DNA of 64,000 bases, from contig OW569345.1 of assembly GCA_937625935.1 (NCBI GenBank), positions 434,001-498,000 on the forward strand. Reading direction: 5' to 3'. Under the pieces are notes generated by a model that made no database searches, was not told where the DNA came from, and was given only the letters and a program-made list of their open reading frames with translations. How positions within the stretch are numbered: position 1 is the first letter of the stretch; every line of letters begins with the position of its first letter. This document shows positions 1 to 11,900 of this stretch, one piece after another. Origin of the DNA: Tetramitus jugosus. Taxonomy: Eukaryota; Protista; Heterolobosea. A program made the translations under genes and the position numbers.

Positions 1-2667
1 TCTTACACTCTCCACCTTGTCTGCACGGTCTTGAAGTGCAGACTTTGCTTCATTGTATCGCTTGTTGAACTGATTAAACTCGTCCCATGTGAGCACCTTC
101 TTGGCAAACACGAGTGTTCTCAGTCCTTCGAGTGCCAAGTTACCGCACTCCTCTTCGAGCCAATTGCTGCTCTTGACAATCTTTGTCATGACTACATCGG
201 CCCCCTTGCAATAAAAGGTAATCTCTCCCGTGGATTGACTACGAACAACAATGCCCATTCTCTTGCTCTGTGATGTGAATGGGAAGATGAGCAAGACTTC
301 AAATGTTTCGATGCGACCCAACGGATTACGAATGGTCATCTGAGTCAATGTTCGATCCTCCAGTGTCAATCCAACACTCTCAGAGAATTTGACCAGTGCA
401 ATCTCATCGGGACTCGATGCCTGATATTCCTTTTCACTACCACTGATACTAGTGGTGCCACCTTCACTCAACTCGGCTGACACTGGTGTAACATTGTGGC
501 ACAGTGCCAATGCTTCAATCATTTGTCTCACCATGTCATCTTCCATACTGCTAGAGTATGAACTGCTGCTGCTGCTGCTACCATGATGACCACCACCACT
601 AATACCACTACTACCACTACTACTACTACTATTGGTGGTACTCATGTTCAACAAGAGTTGCTCCTGTTGTGCACCTCTCTGTTCATAGGCTCTCTTCAAA
701 TACTGTTCAATCAATGGCAATGAATCCTCACTGAACGAAACAATACCCATGTTCAACTTTTTGAAAATCATTTCATTCTGAGTCAACGTGCCCGTCTTGT
801 CCGTAAACAAGTACTCAATACGTCCCAACTCTTCAGGAATGGAACTGTTACGTACAATGGTTCCAGGTATAACCTTGTCTCTCATCATGAAGAATGAATA
901 GACTGATTTGCCAACGTCCAAATTGACACGCAGACTAATGGGAATGATACTGGAGAAGAGGAGAACGAATCGGAAAAAGGTGATGAACCAGAGGCCTTGG
1001 AATCGTTTGAGAGCCACCATGATCAACGATAGAACAATCATGAGAACAAACAGGAATTTGGACAGGGTGTTGAGCTCTCGATCCAGTTTTCCCATCTTTG
1101 ACGAGGGAGAACTCGTGTTCATGACACTCTTTGTCTCATTACCAGTGTAAATGACGAGACCAATGACTGTTCCACTGGCTACGACCGTGTTGGCCCACAT
1201 GGTGTTCTCTAGACTGAGACTCTCCACACCTTCAATCTCACCATTGGCCGAATAGCGAGTAAAATTGCCCACAAAGTCATAAATTTCCTTTCGTGGTGGT
1301 TCAGCATACACGGCACAATAAGGCATCACACTACTGCTATTACTGCTATTATTATTGCTATTACTACTATTATTACTACTATCGTGATCCATCGTGTCAT
1401 CCAGTGATGGAGGACAATAGTGCTGAGAGATCAATGCCTCATCATAGGCCAACTTTTGACACGAGGGAACAGCATGACGCAACTTCCAATCCGTCTCACC
1501 ATCCAACTGATCCGTTCTCAAGAATGAAGCACCACTCTTCTCTGTTGTTCTCAACAGAATACAATCAGCTGGTACTCTCATGTTGGTGTGCATCTGGATC
1601 ATGTCACCTACTTTGATCTTTGAACTGGGAATGGTGATGAAACCGTTGCTTGTCAACTTTTGATACTTTTGACTGTTGGCTTCCACATCACGTCTCCATC
1701 TCTTGATATCATCAAACGCTTCTTTGGCCATGGTAATACTGAGGACGAATATGAGTGGTGCGACATAGGTGAACAGAAAACCAACCTTGAGCTGAGGAAT
1801 GAACTGTGTGACTGCCACCAACAAAAAGTAGAGATTGAAAAAGAATTTGAATTGTTCGAATAGGACCATGGGCACAAACATGAGAATGCTGTACTTTTGA
1901 TTTCGAACAATGTTGGGTGCATAGCGCTTCTTGTGAGGCAGTGTGAAACCATTGAGATACACTGTTCTGCCATGGTATCTTCTTCTTCTCAACACTGTAT
2001 CCATGATTCTTTGGAAGAATGATCTCCTGTCATACTCTTTTGTCTCTTCTTCTTCCATGTGTATAAATCTTCTCATGAATGAATAATTAGGACTGTTGTT
2101 GTTGCTCTTGTTGTTGCTATTGTTGTTGTTGTTGTGATGATTATGGTGGAGGGGATACTTTTGATGAATGTTGATGCAAGTACTTTCATCTAAACGTTCC
2201 TTATTGTGTTGATGTTGTTGACCCAGCATCACGAGAAGATTATCAGTGGAACGATTGGTGGATGTAGAAGAAGACGAAGAAGAAGAAGAAGAATCGTCTT
2301 GAGACAAATCTATTTCAGGTAAGATTGCTGTTGATGATGCGATGGTTGTCGTGTTTGTGAGAATTGTTGTTGTTCTTGGTGGTGAATACACGGAATCACG
2401 TTGCTCTTGTTTGTTGTTCTTCAATTCGTTTTTGTTGTTGTTGATTCCTTGTTGTTGGCGTTCTCTTCTTCCCTCCCAATTCTCCTCCCATTGTGGGTAA
2501 TTGTCCGACGTGGAAAGCAGAGAGGGAGTTGACTCTCTCAGTTCGTACAACTCTGAGTGCTCATCACCGGTGCTTGAATGATCATCAGCTGACGAACGCA
2601 AGCTCATCTCATCGTGATGACTATTGTCATTCCAATGATCGTCCTGGTGTTGATTCTTCAAGTTCAT
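1..2667 (-). CDS. NEO1: P4-type ATPase (phospholipid flippase), NEO1/ATP9 class; 3' part runs off the window start
   Basis: Manual minus-strand translation from ATG 2667 gives RNQKYS, RTDQLDGETDWK, IPISLRVNLD and IPEELGRIEYLFTDKTGTLTQNEM (phospho-Asp motif). It is absent from the ORF track because it has no stop inside the window. Confidence 0.93.
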   Translation of the reverse strand, partial: MNLKNQHQDDHWNDNSHHDEMSLRSSADDHSSTGDEHSELYELRESTPSLLSTSDNYPQWEENWEGRRERQQQGINNNKNELKNNKQEQRDSVYSPPRTTTILTNTTTIASSTAILPEIDLSQDDSSSSSSSSSTSTNRSTDNLLVMLGQQHQHNKERLDESTCINIHQKYPLHHNHHNNNNNSNNKSNNNSPNYSFMRRFIHMEEEETKEYDRRSFFQRIMDTVLRRRRYHGRTVYLNGFTLPHKKRYAPNIVRNQKYSILMFVPMVLFEQFKFFFNLYFLLVAVTQFIPQLKVGFLFTYVAPLIFVLSITMAKEAFDDIKRWRRDVEANSQKYQKLTSNGFITIPSSKIKVGDMIQMHTNMRVPADCILLRTTEKSGASFLRTDQLDGETDWKLRHAVPSCQKLAYDEALISQHYCPPSLDDTMDHDSSNNSSNSNNNSSNSSSVMPYCAVYAEPPRKEIYDFVGNFTRYSANGEIEGVESLSLENTMWANTVVASGTVIGLVIYTGNETKSVMNTSSPSSKMGKLDRELNTLSKFLFVLMIVLSLIMVALKRFQGLWFITFFRFVLLFSSIIPISLRVNLDVGKSVYSFFMMRDKVIPGTIVRNSSIPEELGRIEYLFTDKTGTLTQNEMIFKKLNMGIVSFSEDSLPLIEQYLKRAYEQRGAQQEQLLLNMSTTNSSSSSGSSGISGGGHHGSSSSSSSYSSSMEDDMVRQMIEALALCHNVTPVSAELSEGGTTSISGSEKEYQASSPDEIALVKFSESVGLTLEDRTLTQMTIRNPLGRIETFEVLLIFPFTSQSKRMGIVVRSQSTGEITFYCKGADVVMTKIVKSSNWLEEECGNLALEGLRTLVFAKKVLTWDEFNQFNKRYNEAKSALQDRADKVESVR
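1331..1383. repeat. Imperfect (TAC/TAT/TGC)n trinucleotide tract; poly-S/N insert in the P4-ATPase
   Basis: ctactgctattactgctattattattgctattactactattattactactat. It is one of many such tracts in 1-11.2 kb. Confidence 0.9.
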
Positions 2668-3331
2668 GCTCTTGTTTTTCAATCAATAAAACATCAGGTG
2701 GAAGCGAAAATTGGAGAATTGACTGTGGAGCTTTGGCAACACAATATATGAGGTGTTTTTCATGGCTGTGAAAAAACTCCGACTAATCCTAATTCCTTGG
2801 GGTTATTCTCACGCGAACGATTCCAAACAACTCTCATCGATCACAAGACTGCTAATTCCCATTGGGAAGCAACTAATGCTTTATGAGGACGATCGACACC
2901 CTTGGACCTATCGAAAGTTGATGAAGCACCTTGAACCTTGTCGCTGTGCCTGCATGCAGCCAAGAGCACGGACACAAACTTCCGATTGATCTCAAAGAGC
3001 AGCAACCGGAAGCTATTTTTCATTTTCCGATCCTATCAAAACGATCAAATCGCATTCTCCGTTCCCAAAACAAGAAATTTTTGTTAAAAATAATATTCCC
3101 CGCAGTTATTCTTGGGTTGTTCGGAAGAAAAGCCCGTGCTGCTCGCACACACTTTCGAATTAAATTCAAAGGGTGAGGCAGACCTCGTTTCAACAAAAAC
3201 CAATAACACCAAAAAGAAAACAAATAGCAATACATACGTATATTCTTGAATCTACCATCTTTCCTACTATTCACCCCAAAAACAACATCCGTTTGAGAAC
3301 CCCCAGTAATACATTAGTAACAACAGAAATC

Positions 3332-4397
3332 ATGTCGCGTCCATCACAACACAATAAGTTTATCAATAATAATTTGCCTCAGTCAAAGAGTAAGATTGCT
3401 GAAGTAGAGTCCCACTCTATTCAAAAGCAGAGAAAGCACAGGTATCTACTCAGCTCGCAGTATTTTTAGCGCCCCTAACCAACCACAACAACAACAACAA
3501 CCACTTGTGATTGATGGTAGCAAGAAGCAACAAAAGAATCACAACAAGCATTCTCCAGCATCCAATAATCGTCATCATCATTCCACCACCACTACCACCA
3601 CCATTCCACAACCATCAGAATGTGGTGAATTTGTTGAATTGGTGCCTTCACATTGTGAGGACACGAGTTCAGAGTGGAATCGTATCATGAATGAGTCACT
3701 TGATCTCTATAGACGTACCTTTTTAGGTGAAGGTAGTCTGGAACAGCCCATTGAAAAGATTATGAATCAATTCATGGCTGGCAATCAAAAGATTTTGGTC
3801 AATTTGAAGACACTTCCCAATCATAAAAAGTGTGGTGTTGCAGCCACTGCCATTGTCTGTGTCCTCAATGATTCTGAATCTGTTTTTCACTTGGACTACT
3901 TGTGTGTGAACAGTGAATACAGAGGCAATGGAATTGGATCTGTATTCATGACTCAATTCGTCATTCCACATTTGAACAATCACTATGGAAAGCACTTGAC
4001 ACTAGAGTGTGAGGAGAGATTGATGAGATGGTACAACAAACTCGGTGCAAAGACCTTGTCTGGTGTGTATTCGAGTCGATTGGGTGATTTGCCAGCAGAG
4101 TATCACTTGATGTGCTTTTTGTCATCATCATCATCATCATCTGAGAATGAATTGACTGCCTCTCAAGCACAACAAGTCTTGTTTGAAGTCAGAAGACGAT
4201 TCCACGGAATGAGTGACTATGAATTGATTGAAAAGGTGATCAAGAATGTCAATGAGAATGAACAAGAAGACATGATGATGCAAGCATCAGGTGCAAGTGC
4301 CACTGGAGAAAAATCTCCTTCCTCACCAAGTTTGATGAATGAAGAGGAAGAGGTGGTGACAATGGTGTACAGATGGATCAAGGACACTTGTATATAA
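3332..4397 (+). CDS. GNAT-family acetyltransferase split over two frames (ORF1 3332-3469; catalytic ORF2 in the +1 frame to 4397)
   Basis: Motif A LDYLCVNSEYRGNGIGS and motif B-like LMRWYNKLGA. The first in-frame ATG of ORF2 (3687) appears to lie inside the domain. The upstream ATG 3332 (aaatcATG) is out of frame. How the two are joined is unresolved. Confidence 0.8.
3461..3470 (+). other. Candidate +1 shifty-stop site TAT-TTT-TAG-C
   Basis: Skipping one T gives ...QYF-SAPNQPQQQQQPLVIDGSKK, in frame with the GNAT ORF. Confidence 0.4.
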
Positions 4398-4730
4398 TCA
4401 AAGACTTGATCTATCTATCCATTTGGCAATTACACACACCTACACACAATTGAGAGTCAGAGTTGATTGATGTTCATGTGTGCGCATTCCTCTGATTGCA
4501 GTGGATTGTTGTCACTCTCTGATGATGATTGCACACATAGATGCACGCACATTCACATCCATACACATTCAACAACACACAATGGAGAGATGCCAATTTG
4601 TTATCCAAAACAAACAATTGCACTCATCCATGAGAGGTGTCATGATCATTAACTACTACTAAACAATAAAAACAAGTTTGTTGTTGCATACACTCTTTAT
4701 TCTTCACTTTATTCTTCTTCTGTTTTGTTG

Positions 4731-6677
4731 TTATGAGATGGCATGCATGTTGTAAGCGTTAATGTTTGTTGTCATGGGTGCAGCTGTAGAACTCGAATGA
4801 GTAAACACTTGAGACAATGACTTTTGATTCAGTGTGACACAGTTGGAGATGTGAAGCATGGACAAGTGTTGTTTGATGAGGTGAGTATTCAGTTCACAAC
4901 GCGTCAAATTACCCACATTGATCAACACTCGTTCCACTTCTTCATCCACCAACAAATCTGGTAGGCTAATATCTTCACACTCATAAATGAGAACGAGTTG
5001 TGGAAAGGGAGCAACTTGCTCTGTTGGTTGGGCCTTTTTACCAGCATTATTATTATTGTTGTTGTTGTGAATGTTACTGTTGTTACTGTTGTGACTGTTG
5101 TTATTGTTATTCATCATCATCATCTTCTTCTTCTTGTTCAGGGGATGATTGGTGAATTCCAATATGAATCGAAATTGAAAACTAGTGGAACGATTGTTAT
5201 TATGATTACTATTGTTGTTATTGTTATTGATGCAATTAGTGTTCACAGTGTTCATAGTAGTACTAGTAGTGGTAGTGACAGAGAGTGATACGAATTGATA
5301 GCACCACCCGTGTTCAGTCTCTCTCTTCAACACAAATGACTGACAAATGATTTGAAAGAGAACAGAGCTGGTCAATTTGAATATGAGTTGATGACTAATC
5401 ACTTGATCCATATAGCTCATGATGACTGTTAACAAGTGATCCATGATGGATTCACTATTATTACTACTATTATTCAATTGTTGTTGAGTAGATTGTTGAT
5501 TCAGAGTAGTAGTAGTAGTAGTAGTAGGAGTAGTTGTCGGAGTAGTAGTAGGAGATGTTGTTGTTGTGTTGGATAAGGATGATGATGATGATGAAGATGA
5601 TGAATGAGACGACGGGAGTAACAATAGAGAAGAGATGGAATGCATGAGATTCAATTGAAGTTTCTTGTACTTGAGACTGTGGTGCTGTTGATGATCAAAC
5701 AGAGACACCAACAGTGCTGGATGTATCATGTGATGACTCATTTCAATAATCATGTGATCAATCATCATGATGGGAGTAGTAGAGGTGGAATGAGTCGTCG
5801 TCATCGTCGGTGTAGTAGTATTAGTACTGGTGGTGGTATTTGATGTGGTGGTATGAGGCATCGACAAAACAGATGACCAAAAGGATGAATGATTGGATAT
5901 GGATTCAAAGTACAAGTGACCCATGTGATAATGATATGGATTGATGATTGATTGTTGTTGTTGTTGAAGATGATGATGATGATAATTGTGACTGTGACGA
6001 CGATTCGGATAATAACAATTGTTGTTGTTGTTGTTACCTGAATTTGATGAATTTGGCGATAGTAGTGACAATAATTGAAATGTATTGTGCTCAAATGAAG
6101 ATGATACTGATGATGATGATAATGGGTGACTATGAAATTGTTGTTGTTGTTGTTGTTGTTGAGATTGTTGATTGTTGTTGGATAGCAATAGTGGAGGATG
6201 GATGCGTGCACTGGAGATGGATCTCTTTGCTTTTTGATTGGTGGAGTGAATGGTAATGATATCATTGTTACTCTCACTACTAGTACTTGTATTTGAATAT
6301 TTGTTGATATGGCTGTTGTTGTTGTTGTTGTTGATGAGAGGTTTGTTGTTGTTGTTGTTGTGATTCATTGAATGATAATCAGCAAGTGATTCAGTGTGAA
6401 TGGTCATGCGTTTCACATCTAATGGTAGTAGTATCACTGGTGTATTATTATTATCATTGTCATTACTACTGTCATTGTTATTCTTCTTCTTCATTGTTGT
6501 TGTTGTTGTTGTTGTTGTATCATTCCACAAGTTCACTCCGCAATACTTTTCAATGAAAAAATCAAAGTGGATGTGACATTGCTTGTTTTGAATAATTAAA
6601 TGCTTCTTCATTAATTGGTGCCATTGTGCACCATCATTTTCATCATTGTTATCCCTGTTTATCTCTCTGATTGTCAT
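4731..6677 (-). CDS. Hypothetical 648-aa protein with heavy poly-N/T/S/Q/H inserts and a possible degenerate LRR-like C-terminus
   Basis: Long ATG-initiated ORF, two AATAAA signals just after the stop, and Leu-periodic segments near the C-terminus. Confidence 0.7.
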   Translation of the reverse strand: MTIREINRDNNDENDGAQWHQLMKKHLIIQNKQCHIHFDFFIEKYCGVNLWNDTTTTTTTTMKKKNNNDSSNDNDNNNTPVILLPLDVKRMTIHTESLADYHSMNHNNNNNKPLINNNNNNSHINKYSNTSTSSESNNDIITIHSTNQKAKRSISSARIHPPLLLSNNNQQSQQQQQQQQFHSHPLSSSSVSSSFEHNTFQLLSLLSPNSSNSGNNNNNNCYYPNRRHSHNYHHHHLQQQQQSIINPYHYHMGHLYFESISNHSSFWSSVLSMPHTTTSNTTTSTNTTTPTMTTTHSTSTTPIMMIDHMIIEMSHHMIHPALLVSLFDHQQHHSLKYKKLQLNLMHSISSLLLLPSSHSSSSSSSSSLSNTTTTSPTTTPTTTPTTTTTTTLNQQSTQQQLNNSSNNSESIMDHLLTVIMSYMDQVISHQLIFKLTSSVLFQIICQSFVLKRETEHGWCYQFVSLSVTTTTSTTMNTVNTNCINNNNNNSNHNNNRSTSFQFRFILEFTNHPLNKKKKMMMMNNNNNSHNSNNSNIHNNNNNNNAGKKAQPTEQVAPFPQLVLIYECEDISLPDLLVDEEVERVLINVGNLTRCELNTHLIKQHLSMLHISNCVTLNQKSLSQVFTHSSSTAAPMTTNINAYNMHAIS

Positions 6678-6903
6678 GTCTGTTCACAAGTGCACTGCTT
6701 TGATGTTTGTTTGGACAGTGGTGTCCGAAGACGGGCAATAATCCCACAAAAGCAACCAATCGGTCTCCGAGATACAAAACTCCGGTCGTCCTCTCCGCAT
6801 GTCGAAACGAACCAACAACAAATCATACACCACTCCGCTACAACCAACAGCAGCAACAACAAACAACAATCACACACACACACACTCTCCAATATTCATC
6901 CAC

Positions 6904-7206
6904 ATGTCCACCACTCCTCTCGTATCACCATTCAAACACCTGTATTTTTCTCTGATTGTTCTTGTTGTTTTCATTTGTGTCGTCGCAACAACAACAACCA
7001 ATCAATCGTCAGCCAATGCGATACACAACAAGTTCACAAATCGATTGTCTCAACATTTATCAAGACAAAAAACTCTTGCAAGAACAACAACAGTCAATCA
7101 GGTGAACAATGAAGAAACAAATCACATATGGCTGCTGTTGAATGATGACTGTCGTTCAACCAATGAACAATGGATTCAACAACAAGTACTTCCCATTCTC
7201 ATGATG

Positions 7207-7242
<36 letters not shown>

Positions 7243-8802
7243 GTTCATTCATCCACAGCAACAACAACAACAACATCTGATACTAACAATAAGAACAAGA
7301 AGAAGAGTGAAATGAATCGAATAAGAACAAGGAGTCGATTCTTGAATGCATTGTCTATCCGTGATGTAACTGCCAACGAAATGGAGCAATTGTCTCAATT
7401 GTCCTGTGTGAAACAAGTGGATATTGTGACTCGATTCATTAAACCCAACAACCCATCCACTACCACCCCTACTACTCCTACCACTACTACTGACAATAGT
7501 AACAATAATCATAATAACCACAATATTCAACAACAGCAACAACAACATCGTATGACAAGTGCAGAGTCACTAGAGTTAAACTATGGTCCATCACAGGATC
7601 AACTCAATCAAATGAATGTGATTGGATTGCACGAAAGAGGCATCAACGGTTCAGGCATCAACATTCTCATATTGGACTCTGGATTCCGCGTCACACACAA
7701 CGCATTCAAACACATGAACATACGAGCAGCGTACGACTTTGTCAACAATGATCCAATTGTCGACAATGAATCATCAGATTACCCCTCGCAGTTCCACCAC
7801 GGCACACAATGTCTCGCACTCATCGGAGGACTCGACCCTACCAAGTTTTATGGTGCTGCATTCGGTGCCAATTTCCTATTGGCCAAAACAGAGGACGTCA
7901 CAACAGAAACATCACTCGAAGAAGACAATTTTGTGAGGGCAATCGAATGGGGAGAACAATTGGGTGCATCCATCTTGTCTGCATCACTCGGCTATGCAGA
8001 TCCCATGTATGTGGATGCGTCGGATTTTGATGGAAAGACATCTATTGTTTCTCGTGCATTGAACGCTGCAATCGATCGTGGTATTACGTGTGTTATTGCC
8101 ATGGGCAACGATGGACCCAGGAGATTGACACTGTCTGTCCCAGCAGATGCATTCAGTTCCATTTCTGTCGGTGCAGTGGACGCTGGTGGAAATATTGCCT
8201 ACTTTTCGAGTCGAGGTCCCTCGTATGACATGCGTGTCAAGCCAGAAGTGTGTGCTCTCGGTTATAACACACTGGTTGTTGATCCTACTAGTACCAATGC
8301 GTATAAGAGAGGATCTGGCACATCGTTTGCTACACCATTGGTCGCTGGTGCAGTTGCCCTGCTCAAGCAACTACATCCACACTGGACACCGGGTCAAATG
8401 AGAGAAGCACTGATGCAAACAGCAGACAATGCTCTCACGCCCAACAATGACTATGGTTGGGGTGTGGTGAACATTGAGAAGGCAATGGACTACAAGCCAG
8501 GTCCATGCAGTGGCAATGGATATGAGAATACGAACACTACAACCAATGATACCGATACCACCAATGGCACCTGTTCCTGTGTGAGCAACTACTTTGGTTC
8601 CCAGTGTCAATACTTTAGATCGCAGTGCGATACGAGCTGTGTCAACGGATTGTGTGTCAATCAAAAGTGCGAGTGTTATTCAGGTTGGTCAGGATTGTAC
8701 TGTGACTCGAGTGCACTTGCTGCGAGCCATGGTGTCTCATTGACCAGAAGTCTCTTCCTCGTTGTCAGCTCTCTCCTTGTCACTCTCTTCCTCACCTCTT
8801 AG
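6904..8802 (+). CDS. Secreted subtilisin-like S8 serine protease with EGF-like repeats and a C-terminal hydrophobic (GPI/TM) tail
   Basis: Triad motifs ILDSG, HGT and GTSFATP, and oxyanion GNDG. Signal-like LYFSLIVLVVFICVVA and Cys-rich CxCxxGWSGxxC. An alternative in-frame ATG lies at 6799. Confidence 0.92.
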
Positions 8803-8910
8803 GTGAATTCTGGTTTTTCTCCGATACAGATGACAATTTGTGCCAGGCGAATATTTTTTTTCGATTTTCTCCCTGCAATAAACAACCAACAACAAATAAG
8901 AGAACAAAAG

Positions 8911-11900
8911 ATGTTGATTGGAAAGAGGATTCAAAAGCGATTTCAAAAGACGAATGCATCAGCATCGTCACCACCAGACAATCAATTGTTGTTGTCATCC
9001 TCTCCGACATCATTATCAACAATCGTCAATCACAATATCAACAACAACAACAATTTCAACAACAACAATAGTAACAAGATGATGAAGTTCAATTATTTTT
9101 CATTGGATGAGACAATGAATCCCATTACGTGCATCCATGCATTGGACTTTAATCAACAACAACGACAATCATCACTCTCATTGTCACCCTATCAACAGTT
9201 TCTCTATGTTGGATGCACCAATGGTAAATTGATTCTCTACAAGATTTTGAATCAACCATTGTCCATTAACAATAAGAGTAGTAGTAGCAGTAGCAGTAGC
9301 AGTAGCAGCAATAATCATAATCATAATCATAATCATGGTAGTGATGAGAGTAATGATCATGGTTCAGAATTGGAGTATGAAAAGTTCAATGTCACTGTTC
9401 ACATTCAATCATCACAATCATTACAATCATCACTGGGCAATGTATTGTTTATTGAGACTGATGTTCGAATGGGATTGGTGTTTGTCGTGTTTGAAGGCAA
9501 GGCATCACCACTGCACATTTTCAATCTCAGTATGACTCGACTATTGCACGTGAATTACAACATGAGTCACATTTCGAGTTTTGCACTGGACAAGCATCAT
9601 GACTACTATCGATTTGCATACTATGGATCATTTGCATCTTCAAATTCTTCAAATTCATCATCATCATCATCCAATCATACTCATAACAACACTAGTGGTG
9701 AATCGAGCCATCATCATGCATGTAGAATCCATGTTGTTTCCTATCGACACTTTCTATCAACGTCTGCCAACGAGGATCAATCGAGATTGACACTGGTTCG
9801 TTCATTGAATCACTCATCACTCCTGTCATCACTCCTGTCGTCCTCATCACCACTGTTGTCACCTTCATCATTGGTTGGTACCTCTTCTGATTCCTCTGTC
9901 CTTGCATCATCATCACCACCTTCATCATCATCATCATCATCATCCACTACTTCTGCTGCTGCTGCTTCTGCTGCTCATCAAGCAGTCATTTCTCACATGC
10001 ATCTCCATGGATCACACTTGGTCGTCTATCAACAAAACACTTGTCGATACTTTATGTATCACTTGCGCAATGATTCATCTTCCTCCTCTTCCACGCTGAA
10101 CAGTTCTGATGCTTCTGGAGTTACTAATAGTACGTTTGTTGCTAATGCTGTTGGTGGTGGTGGTGGTGATCAGCAGGACAAGACAACTCTGAAACAACAC
10201 ACTGCAACAAGTAACAATAATGGTCATCAGAATGATGTGTTGTTGATTGAGAACAAGTATTGGTCAACGTTCAACAAGTTGAAGGGTGGTCAAATACCAC
10301 GTGTCATTCATTTGAATGGAGATACTTGTCTTGTGAAGACGGGTGACAATCAGTGGTCTCCGGTATTCACGACTGTGGATCACTTGGGATTCGAAATGGA
10401 TTACTATTCAACGACATCAAGTACGACTGCATCTTCATTGTCATCTGTTTCTTCTGCTGCTGCCGCTGCTACTGTTGTTCAGAATAATCATGCATTGAGT
10501 GACTTGGATCGTATTTGTCATGCCATGATCCAACATCACAACACAAATGAACCATTCTTCAAATTGGGAACCATTGGCTTCTCTAGTGAACCAAAGGACA
10601 TTGCACTGTGCTATCCCTATGTGGCTGGTATTGTGAACAATCAGATTGAAGTCTATAGTCTGTACACTACTGGCTCATATGATGATGCACATTCATTACA
10701 GGTGGATTACAAGAGTCGATTGTTGAGTCTCATTAACTTTGATGATGGAAAGTTGATTTGTGGCAGCTCTGAACGATTTTATTTTGTCACTGGCAATTCA
10801 TTGGCGTACATGGTGCCTCCTCCACTGAATCAACAAATCAATTTTCTCTATGATCAACAACTGTACAGACAGGCACATCACTTGCGTCTATTGAAGTACG
10901 ATGTTTGCAATACTCCAAGTGAACAAGTAGAGCGATTGTTGATGAATATGCATTATGATGCTGGGTTTGCCATTTTAATTCGTGGAGACTTTGCAACTGC
11001 ATTCAAGTACTTTTATGCTGTGCATGACACGTATGCACAAACGTGTAGAGACATTCGAGATATACTTGCTCTGTTCAGAGAGTTGCCCCCACCAAAGCAC
11101 TCCTCCAATAAGAAACAACAACAACAACAACAGCAAGTGTTCATTGACTCTGATTTCTTTGCCAATTGGAGAGGCGTCAAATCAACAATTGTTTCTGGCA
11201 AGTTATTGTACAATTTATTGAAAGAGTCGATCATTAATCATTCCATCACAGTCTCGTACTCCGATGACAGCGTTTCAGAAGAAGGATTGGCACTAGACCT
11301 CTTGAATGATTCACTGAATCATCTCGTTTTCTTCTTGGAGAGACTGAGAGCTTCAGAAATTACACTGAGGAGTCCCTATGAGCAAGCAACGCTAGAGTAC
11401 ACGCTCATTGCTCTGTATATCAGAATGATGGACAATAGCGACTCGATAGTTCCCTATCAAAAAATTGAGAGCATCATCACTGGAACGAATAGCTGCAGCT
11501 TCGATTCCAATTTGAAGTCTAAATTCCTGCAGCTACTGAAAACAGCCAAGTGTCTCAGGCATTACTCCCTGTTGATCAAGAGTGGTGCCAAGGGTGATTT
11601 AGACCAGTACTTGCATGCACTGACAAGTTTGTTGCAGAATATCAAGGAAGACCGATTCGCAGCTCAATATGATGTTGTGGACGATGTTGTCTCCATCTTG
11701 TGTGATGTGAGTGGAGATGATCTGATGTCAGAAGATGTCCGACCTTCTCTCGTGTGGTGCATGACCAAAAATCCATCCAAGTCATCCAGCATATTCACTG
11801 TGGATCGAGCGGTGCAACCAGAACCATCTGCCGTGATTCGCTTCCTGAATGACTTCCCACAGAACATCAAATTGCAGTATCTGCACTATCTTATCACTCA

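Noticed and set aside
1293-1616. Poly-Tyr/Cys ORF, and similar poly-V/M/C ORFs elsewhere
   Set aside because: Alternative-frame readings of trinucleotide repeats inside real genes.
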